From the NCBI GenBank assembly GCA_965112155.1, contig OZ218108.1: DNA of 64,000 nt; one strand, given 5' to 3'. The notes under the pieces were generated by a model. That model was not told the origin of the DNA. It saw only the letters and a list, made by a program, of their open reading frames with translations, and made no database searches. The stretch's first letter is position 1. Every line of letters starts with the position of its first letter. Of this stretch, positions 50,459-63,496 are shown piece after piece. Position numbers and translations under genes: made by a program. This DNA comes from Podarcis liolepis (Eukaryota).

Positions 50459-52100
50459 TAGGCTGTAAAACAGACACCACTTATTCTCATGCACTTGCTG
50501 AGATCGAACATGCAATGTGCCATTGTTTAATATACCTGTGTGATTATATCGTGGGGGCAAACATGCTCCTAGAAAACAGGTTGCAGAATTGCAGTCAGTG
50601 AGTGTTGCCATGGGTCACAGATACAGTCTCCCAATTTCTCCCTCTCTGTGTCTGTCCCCTTCACACAGTCTTGGCTTTAAGAGATGCCCTGCTGCTGGAA
50701 ACCAAAATAAGCGACAAATAACCCCTATGGAAAAAGTGGGAAGGAGGCTGTCGCTGCGAACTTGTATGGTTTAAAAAGTTAGGAACCTTCCGCTTTAAAA
50801 TGAAGCAATTTGTAGAGGAGACTGTAGATACTACATTGTGTGTTTTGTTGCGTGATGAGCTTGTACTTGTGTGGCTCAAAATAAATAACTAGACCTGGAA
50901 ATAGCAGTTGTGACCATTGCATCCTGTTTCTCAGCAGCTACTAGCATAGGTGCATCGCTGTTAGGGCTCTGAGTTTTGCTTAAACATAGACTCCCTCTTC
51001 AGAGGAATATAGGTAATGCAGGGAACAGCATTTCTTAGAGGCAGAGGTTTTTGATCGTCAAATATATAGTTCTGTTGCATTCCTTATACTGAAATGGTAT
51101 ATTTCCCAGTACTTTTATGTTTTAGGAAACTATTATATTAAAGGAAGCCCGCAGTAAGTTTAAAATATTTCTGATATTTATTTATTTTTGCATCTTACTT
51201 AATAATGGGCTTCTCGGAATATGAGCAGCAATGGTGATTTTTAATTCTCCTTGCAGTCTCACGAGAGCACAGGATTCAAGAATTGTTATACTTGTGAGAG
51301 TCTATTTCAAGGAAGCCTGAAGTGAAGTCAAACTGCACTTTGTGCCGAACAGCATCTCAGTTTAGCTTTTTAAAATTATATTCCAGTTGTTACTGTGGGG
51401 CCCGATCCTGCATAATGTATGTTAAACATCTGTTAAGGAATTTCTCGAAGCTCATGCACGACTTTCTGTACGGCTAGACTTTAGCCCATAAATGAACCAG
51501 ATCCTGTGCAAAGATCTAATACTGTTGATTCTTTTTCTTCTTCTTAATTATGTGTTGCGGTTGAAACAGAACATACAGTCTTAACCGATTAAAAGAAATG
51601 GGAAGTTTTTACGAATGTATGAATGGGGAAAATGGAAATTGTACTGTACAATAATGCACCTTCTTAACTGTACAGGCAAGTATGAAGTTGTAAGCGAGAT
51701 GTACACAGCAGGGGCATTTTCTGCTCTCATGGGAGACATCCATAGAATCCCCATTGTGGTTGCATGAGTGTAAGGGAACTTGGCATTTAATCCTCTCTTT
51801 GAACTTATCCCCTCAGGGAATGATTTCTAATACAAGAGATTTAGAGATATAAAAATAACTACTTTCTGTAAGCACTAACACCAGATTCTTTTTACTGTGT
51901 TTTAAACATTCCTGCTAGACTTTAGCATCTTCATATTGTTGATTGGTGTGAGGCATCATAACTCAAGTGAAGAAGCTATTAAGAAATACTGTTTTTATAC
52001 CTCCTTGTCTTCAGTTATATCTTCTGGATTTTATTTTTTATATCTATAAAACTTTTTAGGTTACTGTTTATTTGTAACTATTCCAGTTCATTTTGCAATT

Positions 52101-52102
<2 letters not shown>

Positions 52103-52137
<35 letters not shown>
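52103..52137. repeat. (ATT)n microsatellite
   Basis: About 11 ATT units. Confidence 0.95.
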
Positions 52138-52139
<2 letters not shown>

Positions 52140-53359
52140 TTTAAAGTTGTAGTTGTAGATAAACCTTTGCTTAGGAATGCCAGATCAAACCACTGAAAAC
52201 TAAAGGGCAGCATGGTGTTCTTGTAGCCATACATGGTTTTGATTTGTAATCATAATCTGAAATAAGACGTTAATGACTGATTATTTGATTTCATTTATTT
52301 TATTTCTATGCCACTTTTCATTCAAAAGAATCCCAAAGCGGCTTACAATCAATCAATAATAGCAATGTGATGTTACATAATAGAACACCACAAATGCAGC
52401 TTAAGTCATATAAAATAATCGGTGAAACAATTACAACCTATAAAACACAGGCATTCAGGGATAGAAAGAGCCTTTCCAAATAATGAAGTGCAAATCAAGG
52501 ATCAGAAGCTAAAAGGGTTTTTGTCACCTTTATTTACTTTCTGATCTGCTTGCGTCTTTGTAGAAAATGCTTCACTTCATTACTTACACAGCAATGTAAT
52601 GATTTCTGCTTCGGAGTGTTTTGACCCAAAATTTCAAACTTTCTAAATTGAAGTCTTGTGCGACTCCAGCAAATGAATGCTGCATTTTGGGTTCACAACA
52701 CCACTGACCCCATTCCATGATGCCAGGCACGTTCTCTGAGTGCATCCATTCATTCATCAGAGCCTCATTTGGGGGTCTGATCTGGTGCATCTCATGTGCT
52801 CAAGTCACACAGCAGCAAGCACACACACTCACTCACTGACTCTCCACCAGTCCAGGGGATAAAACAAAAGAATCATCTGCATGAACGACACTCGGAAACC
52901 TTTTGCAAAAAGATGTATTTCTTCCTTGCAAGACAAACTCTTTCTCACACCTTTAAAAATGTGTTATAGTAGGACCACTGGAGGCCCCCCTCAGAATGTG
53001 CCATAATAACTGGGCATAATAATTCTCCCATTGGAATGCATCAATGCTGATCTTTAATTGGCTGCTTGATGTCCCTCTTCCCTGAGTGCCATAGGACACA
53101 CTTTGCTTGCCTCGTGCCTCCATAGCAAACCGTCTTTTGCACCCATTTCTTTGCTTTATCACCAACTAGAATCAAAGATCTATTTGGGCAATTGAACACG
53201 ATAATTTACTGTATATCTTTTTTTTTTTGAAAAAAATGTTTATTTATTTTGAAGTTCTGAATCCCTGGTAGATAATAGGAATATTTATACAGATGTTTTA
53301 GGTGCATTCAAAGAGCTTCTTGTTCTCTTCCGTGTCATTCCTATGCTGTTATTTCTTTT

Positions 53360-53720
53360 TAATGGTTTCCGAAAATTCTTAAGCAGGACAGCTTGCCGGT
53401 GATAGAGGGATGATGTTTTAAAGGGGGTGAAATACCTTGCCGGTTACACCAGATTTGCACACTACGTATTATTTCACTGTTTCTCTGGGGGGCGGGGAAA
53501 TCCGTTTCCCCAACGAACGCCTGCAACTTAAGTGACAATGTAATGTGGTTAATATCCGGTTTTGGCTGACTCGCTTCCACTCGTGATTTTTAAGTCCCCT
53601 TAGATTTTTGTACGTACTCCGTTTCACAGAGATCGGATCTTTTTCAAGGAAAGTTCAGCAGCCCCAGAGTAGATTCTACACAGGCAGCCGTCATTTGTTG
53701 CCAATGCCACCTTGTGGATT
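53360..53720. promoter_or_regulatory. CpG-retaining candidate promoter/enhancer
   Basis: Local CpG cluster in non-repeat DNA; GC box GGGGCGGGG at 53489-53497 followed by GGAAATCC. Confidence 0.45.
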
Positions 53721-55836
53721 ACAAAGGATATTGATTTGTTAAACAAAGTTGCATGTAAATGTGGCTCTTTCCTTGCAACCCGCACTCTGGCAAGGGCGTG
53801 TTGGAGTTCTCAACTGGATCCTTTTGTTTTCTGCATGACACTTCATTTCTCCACTCACAGTTCATTTATGATTCTGATGAGAATGGCCCCCCCTTTTTTC
53901 CAAGAAACACACATTTCACTTTTTGACCTAGAAGCATCTGTTAGATTTTTTTTAAAAAAATTAAAAAATACTACTTTGGCATTCTGGAAGTGTTAATGTC
54001 TTTCATATCTGTTTAATGCTATTTAGGGATATTTACGATCACCTCTTGGTTACTTGGGGTAAAGTGTGTTGCGTCCCCCCCCCCAACAGACAGGAAAGCA
54101 TTCATATGAGGAAACAGATTGCTTTAAACATGTGCTTCCTGTTACAGTAAAGAGAACAAATTAGATTTAGCACTGCCTAATGAATGCACAAATGTGTACG
54201 TTTAAGCTTTTAAAAGCCTTACATTCATTTCAGGTCTTAACAGAGACTGAGTGTTGCCTCTCAGGTTACGGCACAGTAAACCTCGAAGGAAGGACACACT
54301 ACCTGTCCTTTGTCAGAGCAGTTCATTCAAAATTTTATTTCTCTGATGAAGAATGTTCAGTCCATAGGATTTCATAGGAATGGCGACATAAAAGAAAAGT
54401 TTATTTTTAAGGAGATCTGTGCGTCAATGTGGCTGGTCCATTATTGGCATTAAAAGGAATGAAAAGATGCATGCCTTTTAAAACTTGAGTTTGTCCACAC
54501 ACCTCCTTTATCTTTTCTCTTTCAGCACATTGCTTTACTCCCCCGATTTAACAAACCCACTTTCTCATTCCTATCCCCCCCCCCATTTCAGAGTTCTGAG
54601 CTCATCACCTTTAGAGCTCTGTTCAGAGGAGGGTCCAACCAACATCTTTCTTGTATTATTATTACATACTATTGTTATAAAAAGGGGTATCAAAATAGCC
54701 TTGTTTATATTATCACAGCAGGGTAGAAGGATTTTCCCCAGCATACCATCCCTTGTTGGAACTGGCATGCACAAAGTGGGCATTCTGGCACCAGCATGGT
54801 TTTTGTTTTGTTTTTTTAAAGGAGCAACGAAATCACACAGGAAATGCAATTGTCGCCACTAGCTTACCGTCCCATTTTTGTGTGGCTATAATGGACCTAA
54901 TATTTCTCTCTCTCTGGTTTGCAGAGAGTCAGGTTCAGCACCTTATGAGGCAGCTGGGAGGAGCTGATTGTACTTTATGTCTAAAGCGATCAGAACCTCT
55001 GCTTCTTTTTTATTTGGGTGGGCACACCCACACCCACCCACCCATTTTACACAGATACATATATTGTAAAATGAAAAAGCAGCCAAAAATCTTAACAAGC
55101 AGAAAGGGTTTTTTGTTTGTTTTTACTAGTATATCCTTAATATGTTGGAGACCTTTAAAATGTAACATGAGCTACAAAGTTCAAAATTGTTGCATAGACC
55201 ATTTAATTGCCCTCCTGCACTCACCTTTGGAGAGAGTATTGCCTTTTTCTCAATCTACACTGAAAGAGAAGGCTTGCTGCAATAAGAACATGCATATGAA
55301 TTGTTTCAGATGCTTTCTTTTCATTGCTTTATTGTCTTTCTTTCAGTATGCATCTGGGATGGATATTAAAAGGCAATGCTCCCCCTCCTCCCACCATTCG
55401 CAGCCTTGTTTTCTAAATCTGCTTCTTGCAAAGTACATTTAAATGAGCAAATCTGGTGTGGCCACTCACCATCAAAATATTAGCAAGCTTGGAGTGAAAA
55501 TATTGTTTTCATTCAAATGGCTAGAAAGAATTTAATTCAGCAGTAAGTTGTCTGTGCAAAGAATAAACTAGTAACACCCCCTCCCCATTCCCCCCAAAAA
55601 ACAAAGTCAGAAGAACAATGTATATTCCAAAATCTTTGCAAGTTATGTGAACTGGTTTTCGAATACAGTTTGATAATTAGTGTGCATCTCATAAGACTTT
55701 GATAGAATCATGTTTAACCTTTCTTTTACCACATTCTCACTTCAAATTAGCACTCCATTTATCCTTCCCCAATAATAAAGCAAATATTTTTAACCTTCTC
55801 CATGCAACAGGTTTCTAAAAGGCTAAAAGTATGCTG

Positions 55837-56121
55837 NNNNNNNNNNNNNNNNNNNNNNNNNNNNNNNNNNNNNNNNNNNNNNNNNNNNNNNNNNNNNNNN
55901 NNNNNNNNNNNNNNNNNNNNNNNNNNNNNNNNNNNNNNNNNNNNNNNNNNNNNNNNNNNNNNNNNNNNNNNNNNNNNNNNNNNNNNNNNNNNNNNNNNNN
56001 NNNNNNNNNNNNNNNNNNNNNNNNNNNNNNNNNNNNNNNNNNNNNNNNNNNNNNNNNNNNNNNNNNNNNNNNNNNNNNNNNNNNNNNNNNNNNNNNNNNN
56101 NNNNNNNNNNNNNNNNNNNNN
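55837..56121. other. N-run (285 bp)
   Basis: Run of N. Confidence 0.99.
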
Positions 56122-57074
56122 ATAGCAGAAATCTCTAGTTATATACAGTTACTAACAAAACATGTAAGAGAGGTGCATGTCCCTTTTGACTAGGTTTTTT
56201 TTTCCTTGCACCAAATCATTTACTATTCATAATCATTAATGCATCTCCTAATTATACAGCATATGTCTGTTAACTATTTCACTGCCATTTTCACTGCTGC
56301 AGTATTTGGGGTTTTGATTTTTTAAATATATATATAATTTGAATCATTTCACTCCATTCTTCAACTATTTATCACAATTGTTTGCACTTCGCAAGGCTTC
56401 GTCTGGCACAGAATATTTTTCAGAAGAGCTTAAAAAATGTTGTGCTGTGTTACTTGGGTTCAGGCAATAATCAGATCTCAGTTAATAGCTGCCCACTGAA
56501 AGAAATAATCAAGGGCAAGCCAAGTGCAAAAATCTTAGCTACTGGAAACATCTCCAAAGTGATGCTAAATATCTCTGATTTAAACCCCATAAAAGCCAGG
56601 ATGGTGTTAAAAACAGGGAGCCAAATCACAGCTGCTTGCAACCACTTTACATGGGCAATTAATTTGCTTTTAGAAAAGTCCACTATAAGTGAGTAGAAGG
56701 CCGGATGGTGGGAGCTGTCATTGCTTTCATTTCAGCTCTTCTTCCCTGTACATACTGATTACATCCCACATAAGTTTTAGAAAGAAGAATTCAATCTTAA
56801 CATTTGTTTTCTTTTAGAGTATGCATGGAAAAGTGGAATTGCAGAATTCACATCTTTATTTATTAATTTTTTAAAGGTACTTTTCAGTCTCCTTTCAGGG
56901 CAAAAATAAATAAATCCTGACATGGCTCATAGAAGACGGGTTTAGGATTGTGATGTACCATTCCCATCCATGTGTTTATCTGAGCCAATCCCAACATTTC
57001 TTCACCAATTACAGTCTCTTCATCCCAACGGCAAGGGCTAATTGTAAGAGAGTGGACATGTTGGACCTCCAGCC

Positions 57075-57235
57075 TAGGAAATCAAGTTGTAAAAGTTCTG
57101 CAAACTTATTTGGTGGATTTGAGGAAGCCACAACATCTCAACCTCTGTTCTCCACCTGTAAAACTGGAAATAGTACCAACAGCGCAATGTATTTGCAAGA
57201 ATGAAATAATAATAATGTTGTGAAGCCCATTGCAT
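57075..57235 (+). mobile_element. MIR/CORE-like SINE remnant
   Basis: CTCAACCTCTGTTCTCCACCTGTAAAACTGGAAATAGTA resembles the CORE domain. Confidence 0.55.
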
Positions 57236-57552
57236 ATTGCAGTTGTTGTAACCACACTCAAATACATTTCTGATACAATAATGATGTGGTTTAAAGCTAC
57301 CATAACAAATTGATGGCCATGGAAAATATTTCATTGCGCAAGCCACTTCCTTCTGCACCAAGACTTGTGGTGCATCGTTTCATGTTGGAATTGGCTTTAT
57401 AGGGGAAAGTGGGCAGGGTTATGGAAGCTCTGAAGACAGGGGTACATGACAAACTATTGACTTCATAATTGGGTGATTCCTGCATGTTTTCTGATAGTGT
57501 GATATATGCAAGTGGGTTCTGTCACCTGTGATGCAATAGCTACTTTGTGTGG

Positions 57553-57765
57553 TGTGGTATCAAATTACCCTTGTTCTATTAGCACAAGTATTTATGCTTG
57601 TGCAACAGAACTTCCCCTTCTCCTTTCCAAATCTGCTCTGGGGTAGAGGAACCCCCCTAGAACAGATTTAGGGAGAGATGGAAGGAAGGGGGAAAGTTCA
57701 GTTGTACAAGAGTAAATCCTTGCACTAATGGAACAAGTGGCAAAGCGCTACTTTGGATACAACCC
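57553..57765. mobile_element. Fold-back (fully palindromic) MITE
   Basis: CTTGTTCTATTAGCACAAG...GAACTTCCCC pairs with GGGGAAAGTTC...CTTGCACTAATGGAACAAG; inner AAATCTGCTCTGGGG pairs with CCCTAGAACAGATTT. Confidence 0.85.
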
Positions 57766-58926
57766 TGTGTGTCTCAAAAGGTTGATATTACAGTGATATG
57801 TTGATGAGCACCAACTCACCTCTTGTTGTATGAAATCTAAAGCACGATCTGGTTCCTTGGTGGACTGCCTTCCAGCATTAAGCTCGGCTTTCCCCCTTTT
57901 TATGGAGCATTCCATCTAGGGCAGTCTTCCATAACAGCTGTTATGGACTACAGCTGTTGGTTGTTTCATACAAAACACCTGGTGGATGCAGAGTTGGTGC
58001 TGGTTTTGCTCTTATTAAACTTCTGCCTAAGTAAGGCTATGCATGTCTATTAAAAGTCCACTTCAGTGGAACTTGCTTCTTGTTATTTACATACAGAGGA
58101 GGAGCTGAGGTCTCTTAACAAGTACCTGAGGTCAGTGATGGAATGGACCTGAGTTTGCTCTTGGATTGTAAGCTAGTAGTGGCTGTGGCCAGGATTGATT
58201 TTGTATAGTTCCAGCTGTACCCTTTTCAAGAGGAGAGAAATGTAGCCACTGTCAAATGCCTTGGTCACGCCCAGATTGTTCCAACAAGCTCTACGTGCAA
58301 CTTCCTTTGGAAAGTGCCGTTGAGAACTGAAGCTACTGCAGATTGCTGCAACTAGAATAGATTAAATTAACAAAAAAACTAACCAGGATTCTCCAGATCT
58401 AACCCTGATTCCACCCCTAAACTGAGGATGAGACTTAACCTTTATATAGCATATTTCACTTTTGTAGCGTACAGATAAAAATAAGAACAGCTAAAAACAG
58501 AAAAAATAATAATTAAAAAACAATTAAACACTGGTAGATTTTTTTATTTTAATGTTATGTGTGTGTTTATGTAAAATAACTAGCACTTCAAATTGTGCCC
58601 ATAAACAGAATGGTAGCCAGTCTTGACCCTTAAACATAGTTGGCCTGCCCATGAGGAGAGCACCGCTTGCTGCCTCCTGCGCTTGTCAGTGCATGGGGGA
58701 CTGTGGAGGTAGAGGCAGTGGTGGCTGGGCTGTGGAGGAGGGAGTGGTTGAGACGGGCAGGTGGCATTTTCTGTTTTGCCTCAAGCAGGCAAACATCTTG
58801 GGCTGGCCCTGAGTCGAATTATCCTCATGTTGCAAAGGGGAGGCAGAGAATTGTGGCTTGCCAAAGGTCAGCTGTTGATACAGCTGGCTAAGTGGAGATT
58901 TTGAACTCAGAAGCAAGAAATGGGAT

Positions 58927-59087
58927 ATAGGAAGCTGTTTTAAACTCAGAAACCTCGACCCATCCAGTTCAGTGTTGTCTACACTGATTGGCAGCATTTC
59001 TTCCCAAGATCTCTTCTACTTTGAAATTCCAGGGACTGAATCTGAGACCTCCTGTAAGCAAATCAGATACTCTACGACAGAGCCATG
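58927..59087 (-). mobile_element. Squam2-like SINE
   Basis: TAGGAAGCTG...CCATCCAGTTCAGTGTTGTCTACACTGATTGGCAGC...GAGCCATG is the reverse complement of the family. Confidence 0.8.
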
Positions 59088-59511
59088 ATAATAAATTACT
59101 TACAACACAAGCGACTTCCCTCCCCTTTTACCACCTCCCTGCATGAGCTCAACCACTTAACTTCTAGCACTTTGTACAGCCCTTTTCAGGTGGTTCTCCC
59201 TCATACAATTACCACTGTTTTATGGGAAGCAGAGGGGCTGCCACTCCTTTGCACATCACCAGCACCACCTTCACAATCCTCCACACCTGGTGGCTGAAAG
59301 TCTGTAGCCAGGAACCTTTTCTACTCATTTAGACTCCCTGTGTGACCCAGAAAGCTGATATTCTCGGGTTCAAAATTATTCAGGGAGCCTACATGAATGA
59401 AGCAGGCTAGTTCAGCACCAAACTATGGGAAACTGTGGGAATGGTGATGGAGGGACAGAAGCAGAGAACACATCCCTGATCCTTATCTCCCATCATAGTA
59501 ATTGTGTAAGG

Positions 59512-59647
59512 CGGGCATCCCCAGCCTGTGGCCCTCCAGATCTTTTGGCCTACAACTCCCATGATCCTTCGCTAAGAGGACCAGTGGGCAGGGATGATGG
59601 GAATTGTAGTCCAAAACATCTGGAGGGCTGCAGGTTGGGAGTGCCTG
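59512..59647. mobile_element. hAT MITE, 136 bp, palindromic
   Basis: Ends CGGGCATCCCC...GGGAGTGCCTG; perfect 8-bp TSD GTGTAAGG (59504-59511 / 59648-59655). Confidence 0.93.
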
Positions 59648-59744
59648 GTGTAAGGAGAAGAATGCCTGAATAGGGCTTGCATCATTCAGGACAACCTCGA
59701 TCATAAGTTTAAACATAGATTTAAGACACTGTGAATGCATTAAG

Positions 59745-59900
59745 AGTTTGGCTCTGTGGACTTAGCCTTCTAATCTCAGGTGAGTCGTGAACCCATTTGG
59801 TAACCTTCACAACCATCAGCTTCAGTATCCCTATCTATAAAACGGGCGTAATTGACCTGACCACAGGATTGTTGTGAGGATGAACAAAGTATGCTAAGTA
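59745..59900 (+). mobile_element. MIR/CORE-like SINE remnant
   Basis: CTTCAGTATCCCTATCTATAAAACGGG...ACAGGATTGTTGTGAGGATGAA. Confidence 0.65.
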
Positions 59901-60885
59901 AGTAGAAAAGAGAGGAACAGCTCTTTTTAAAACATGCACAGTAAAAGTGTTATAAAATTGGAAGACAGAACAGTTTCAGTTGTCTACAAACTAAAGGAAC
60001 CCAAACCAAACACATTTCAGCATATCCATTCTCCTTTTTAAATTAGATTTCACATTGCAAAAGAATAATAATAAAATGGTGCAACTGTGTTGTAGTATCC
60101 TTATGCAGATTCCTCTAATCAGAGAGGAATGTAACTACTTAATACTCACCACTACTTACCCTCCTGCACAGTACAACTTTGAGTTAAGCCACAAAAGAGT
60201 GTTTAAATGCTGTTAAGGGACAGATCTACAAAAACAAATTTAAGGCCAGGCCAACAAAATCCAATACTGGTGAAAGCTGGTTTCACCGCTCTTGAATTCC
60301 TTGTGCTAAATTCCACTGCCATGTAATAGCCAAGTTCTATCTTGTTAAGTTACATTGGCCGTAATACTAGTCTACCATAAACAACATAACTGGCAAACCA
60401 TTTCCGTAGCTCGGCCGGTAATGTTCTTCCCTTCTGATTGAGAGTATTCATTGACTGTATTCATAGTTTTTGTATACAGTATTAACAGTCTTCTTTTTTT
60501 GTCGCTTTCACTGTCCTTGTTTATGTCTCAAACTACAATGCTCTTTGGATCCTTTGTTATTATGTATGTAATAAAGAGACAGGTATGTCCTTGGTTAAAA
60601 GTGTAGTTTAGCAGTAGATACCAGTACTATAATATTATTTGTCCCTTGGGTTTTTTTTTATTCCACTCCATCCCAAAAACTCGTGGTCGGTGGTTACATA
60701 AAAATCTCAATTAATGCATCACAATTAATTCCAGTAGCATCTGAAAAACCCACATATTTGAATGCAAAATTATCAAACTGGCTGAAACCCATCTCATCCT
60801 TCTCTCTAGTCTCTCCTGATTCATTGTCTCTCACCTGTCACACAAGTCTGTAGTACTTGGCATCCCATTGATGGCACCACATGTC

Positions 60886-60912
60886 CACACACACACACAC
60901 ACACACACACAC
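60886..60912. repeat. (CA)n microsatellite
   Basis: About 13 CA units. Confidence 0.95.
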
Positions 60913-61557
60913 TGCTTAAATTTATCTTGCATGCTACAGTGATGTCATAATATAATTCAGTTCTGCTTGGAGAAGGATTTTATCAGCATTAAAGGTACCA
61001 CGGTGCTTATTGCTGCAGTTTTCTTGCATACAATGAAATGCATCATATCGACGTTGCCAAAAGTTGCAACCCAAGAAAGAGAGACATTGGCAGTGTGTAG
61101 TCCATGGTGGGGAACCCTTTTCAGTCTGGGGCCTGCATTCTCTCATGAGGTCCCTTCCAGGGGCTGCATACTGGTAGATGGTGCAGTGCTCCAATCCAGC
61201 CAAATAAAAGTTGACAGTTTCTTCGCATGCATGTGTGCATGCCCACACCTCCATATTCTTTCTTGTCAGTCAAGAGCAGGTGTCACAGTTCAAGGAAACA
61301 TTTTAGAAAAGCAAAAGCAATTAAGGAGGGTATGGCCTTCTCAAGGTCATGCGGTCTCAGAAGAGTTTCAAGGCCAAATAACGAGGTACAGAGGACCTAA
61401 GATGTCCCACTCTTGGTGTACCACATAGTCTCTCAAGCTTGTATCAAGTGGGTCTCTGCCTTGCCACATCTGATAAGTTAATGTTCATTGCCATCCTCTC
61501 TTAGGCAGACTCTCTCTTCGGGTTAAGCAGAGACTGGTTTGAGCTAAACAAGAGTTT

Positions 61558-61558
61558 A

Positions 61559-61595
<37 letters not shown>

Positions 61596-61640
61596 TTATA
61601 TACCACCCTATACCTGGAGGTCTCAGGGCGGTTCACAGAA
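61558..61640 (-). repeat. (GATT)n microsatellite forming the tail of a very short L2-type 3' fragment
   Basis: About 8 GATT units followed by TTTATATACCACCC...CTCAGGGCGGTTCACA. Confidence 0.75.
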
Positions 61641-62514
61641 CCTGCAACCAAAATGCAGTGCTATGGGAATTTAACTACCTACCAGTTTCCCACCTCAGCT
61701 GAAGCATAAACAATGCCTGTTAAGGATAGCTAGCACCTGATACTCATTCCACTATTTAGTTGGCATTTTAGTCTCTTTAAAGTTGCTGTTAAAATTCAAG
61801 CTCCGGTCCCTTCTACATGTTTTTTTTTATGGTTGAATATGGTCTCCTCTACTTGGGAGTTGGTTGGACTTCTTGAACACTGAGATCCATCCCAACTCTG
61901 ATTGGGTGGCATATTGCAAGCAGTCTGGTGAGCAGATGGACCATCCTCCATTATAGAGTGGAAGGCCTTTTTCATCCTCTTCGCCAGTCATCAGATAATC
62001 GGGGCATGGCTTTATGTTCCATGTCAGCACCAACTTTCAGGTTCCCTATGCTGTTGGGAATACAATCTTCCATGTTTCCGCTTTCTCTTGGCTTTTATGA
62101 GCAGCATAGTGAAAAGAAGAGAGTGGCAAATGAATATTTCAGAAATACAGTTCGTTTAAAATAGATTGACTGCAAATTATATTTTAATGTTGTTTGGATA
62201 TGCATTTACTTTTCATGAAAGGTGACAGGATGATGTCAAAGAAGAATGAAGCACAGAAAACGGGACAGCTTTTGCCTTAATAGCTTCGCAAGCACCAATA
62301 TCTTGGTTGGGACTCGGCCCATTCAGTTCTTAGCATTTCTGCCATGGATGCCAACAAGATAACAAGACCAATCTTTCATGGTTCTTTTTCTCAAGCCCAT
62401 GAAAACTGAACAATCAGTTCATTTCAGTAAAGCAGGCCTGCATGCAACCACCAGGCATTTATTGTGGTCTGCTGGATTCTTGACACACGCACCCTACACC
62501 ATTTATGCAGACCC

Positions 62515-62660
62515 AGAGCCACAGATCATTTGCTTTGTATGCAGAAAGTCCAAAGTTCAATCCTTGATAGGTCTAGGCAAGGTTTGGAGAGACCACTCTC
62601 TGAAACCCTGGAGATCTGTTACCAGTATGTATAGGCAGTACTGAGCCCAATGAGACATGG
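62515..62660 (+). mobile_element. Squam2-like SINE, degraded
   Basis: TGCTTTGTATGCAGAAAGTCCAAAGTTCAATCC...CTGAAACCCTGGAGA. Confidence 0.75.
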
Positions 62661-63496
62661 CTTTGTACGCATTCTCAGACTTCCAACTGCATCCTTTTCC
62701 ATCTACCTTATGGGTTGATCTTAAATGACAAATGAAGCTTCTTATTTACTTTTGTCCGGAAATTATATACTGTGCTGAACAAGAAACATGATGGCACAGC
62801 TATAGCTAACTTATAAAATGAAAGTTGGGTTGGTGAATTAGAAATACTGAGCGAAGTAGTTCCTGACACAGTGTTTGCGGTAACGTGGTATCTCCCGCTT
62901 TCTGTCTCACGTTGGATAAAAGCTCATATTAAAACAAATTTGTCCACACTTGTTGCATTTAATATATTGATAGGGCGAGAGTGGTTATAGATTGCACCTA
63001 ATGATTCTTGTTTTGCCGTTTCTGAGCTAGAAAGTGGTGCAAAGCACTGAAAATAGGTTATTGGATTTATATTTTTAAATCTAGATTTCCAAACAGAGTA
63101 ACGTTAAGCATGTTGTTGTAAAGTGATAGACCACTCATAGTTATTCACAGGCTGAAGTATTAGCCCCAGAGTTTTCCTCCAATTTTCATGGGGATGCAGC
63201 AAAAAATGTCTTCCTGCAATATTGGATTCATCTTTCTTTTCCTTTTTCTTTTTGAGTGGGTGGATAGACAGATTTTAATAATTTTTATTCCTTACCTTTA
63301 AGTATGAGGTGGTTGATGCTTTCTATATCTTCTTCTTCAAAGGGGAGAAAAAACCTTAGGCCACCTCTTATGCAAAATTGAGAAATGAAAATTCACCCAC
63401 CTCCCTGTCCCTGAACATTTCCTCCACTTTTGAGGGGGGTGCAGAAACGTTCTGTGTAAATGTGATGGGTTGTGAAACAGACATTTGTACTACAAT

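Noticed and set aside
54753-55442. 229-aa ORF (longest in the track)
   Set aside because: Non-ATG start, composition typical of AT-rich intron, no recognisable domain
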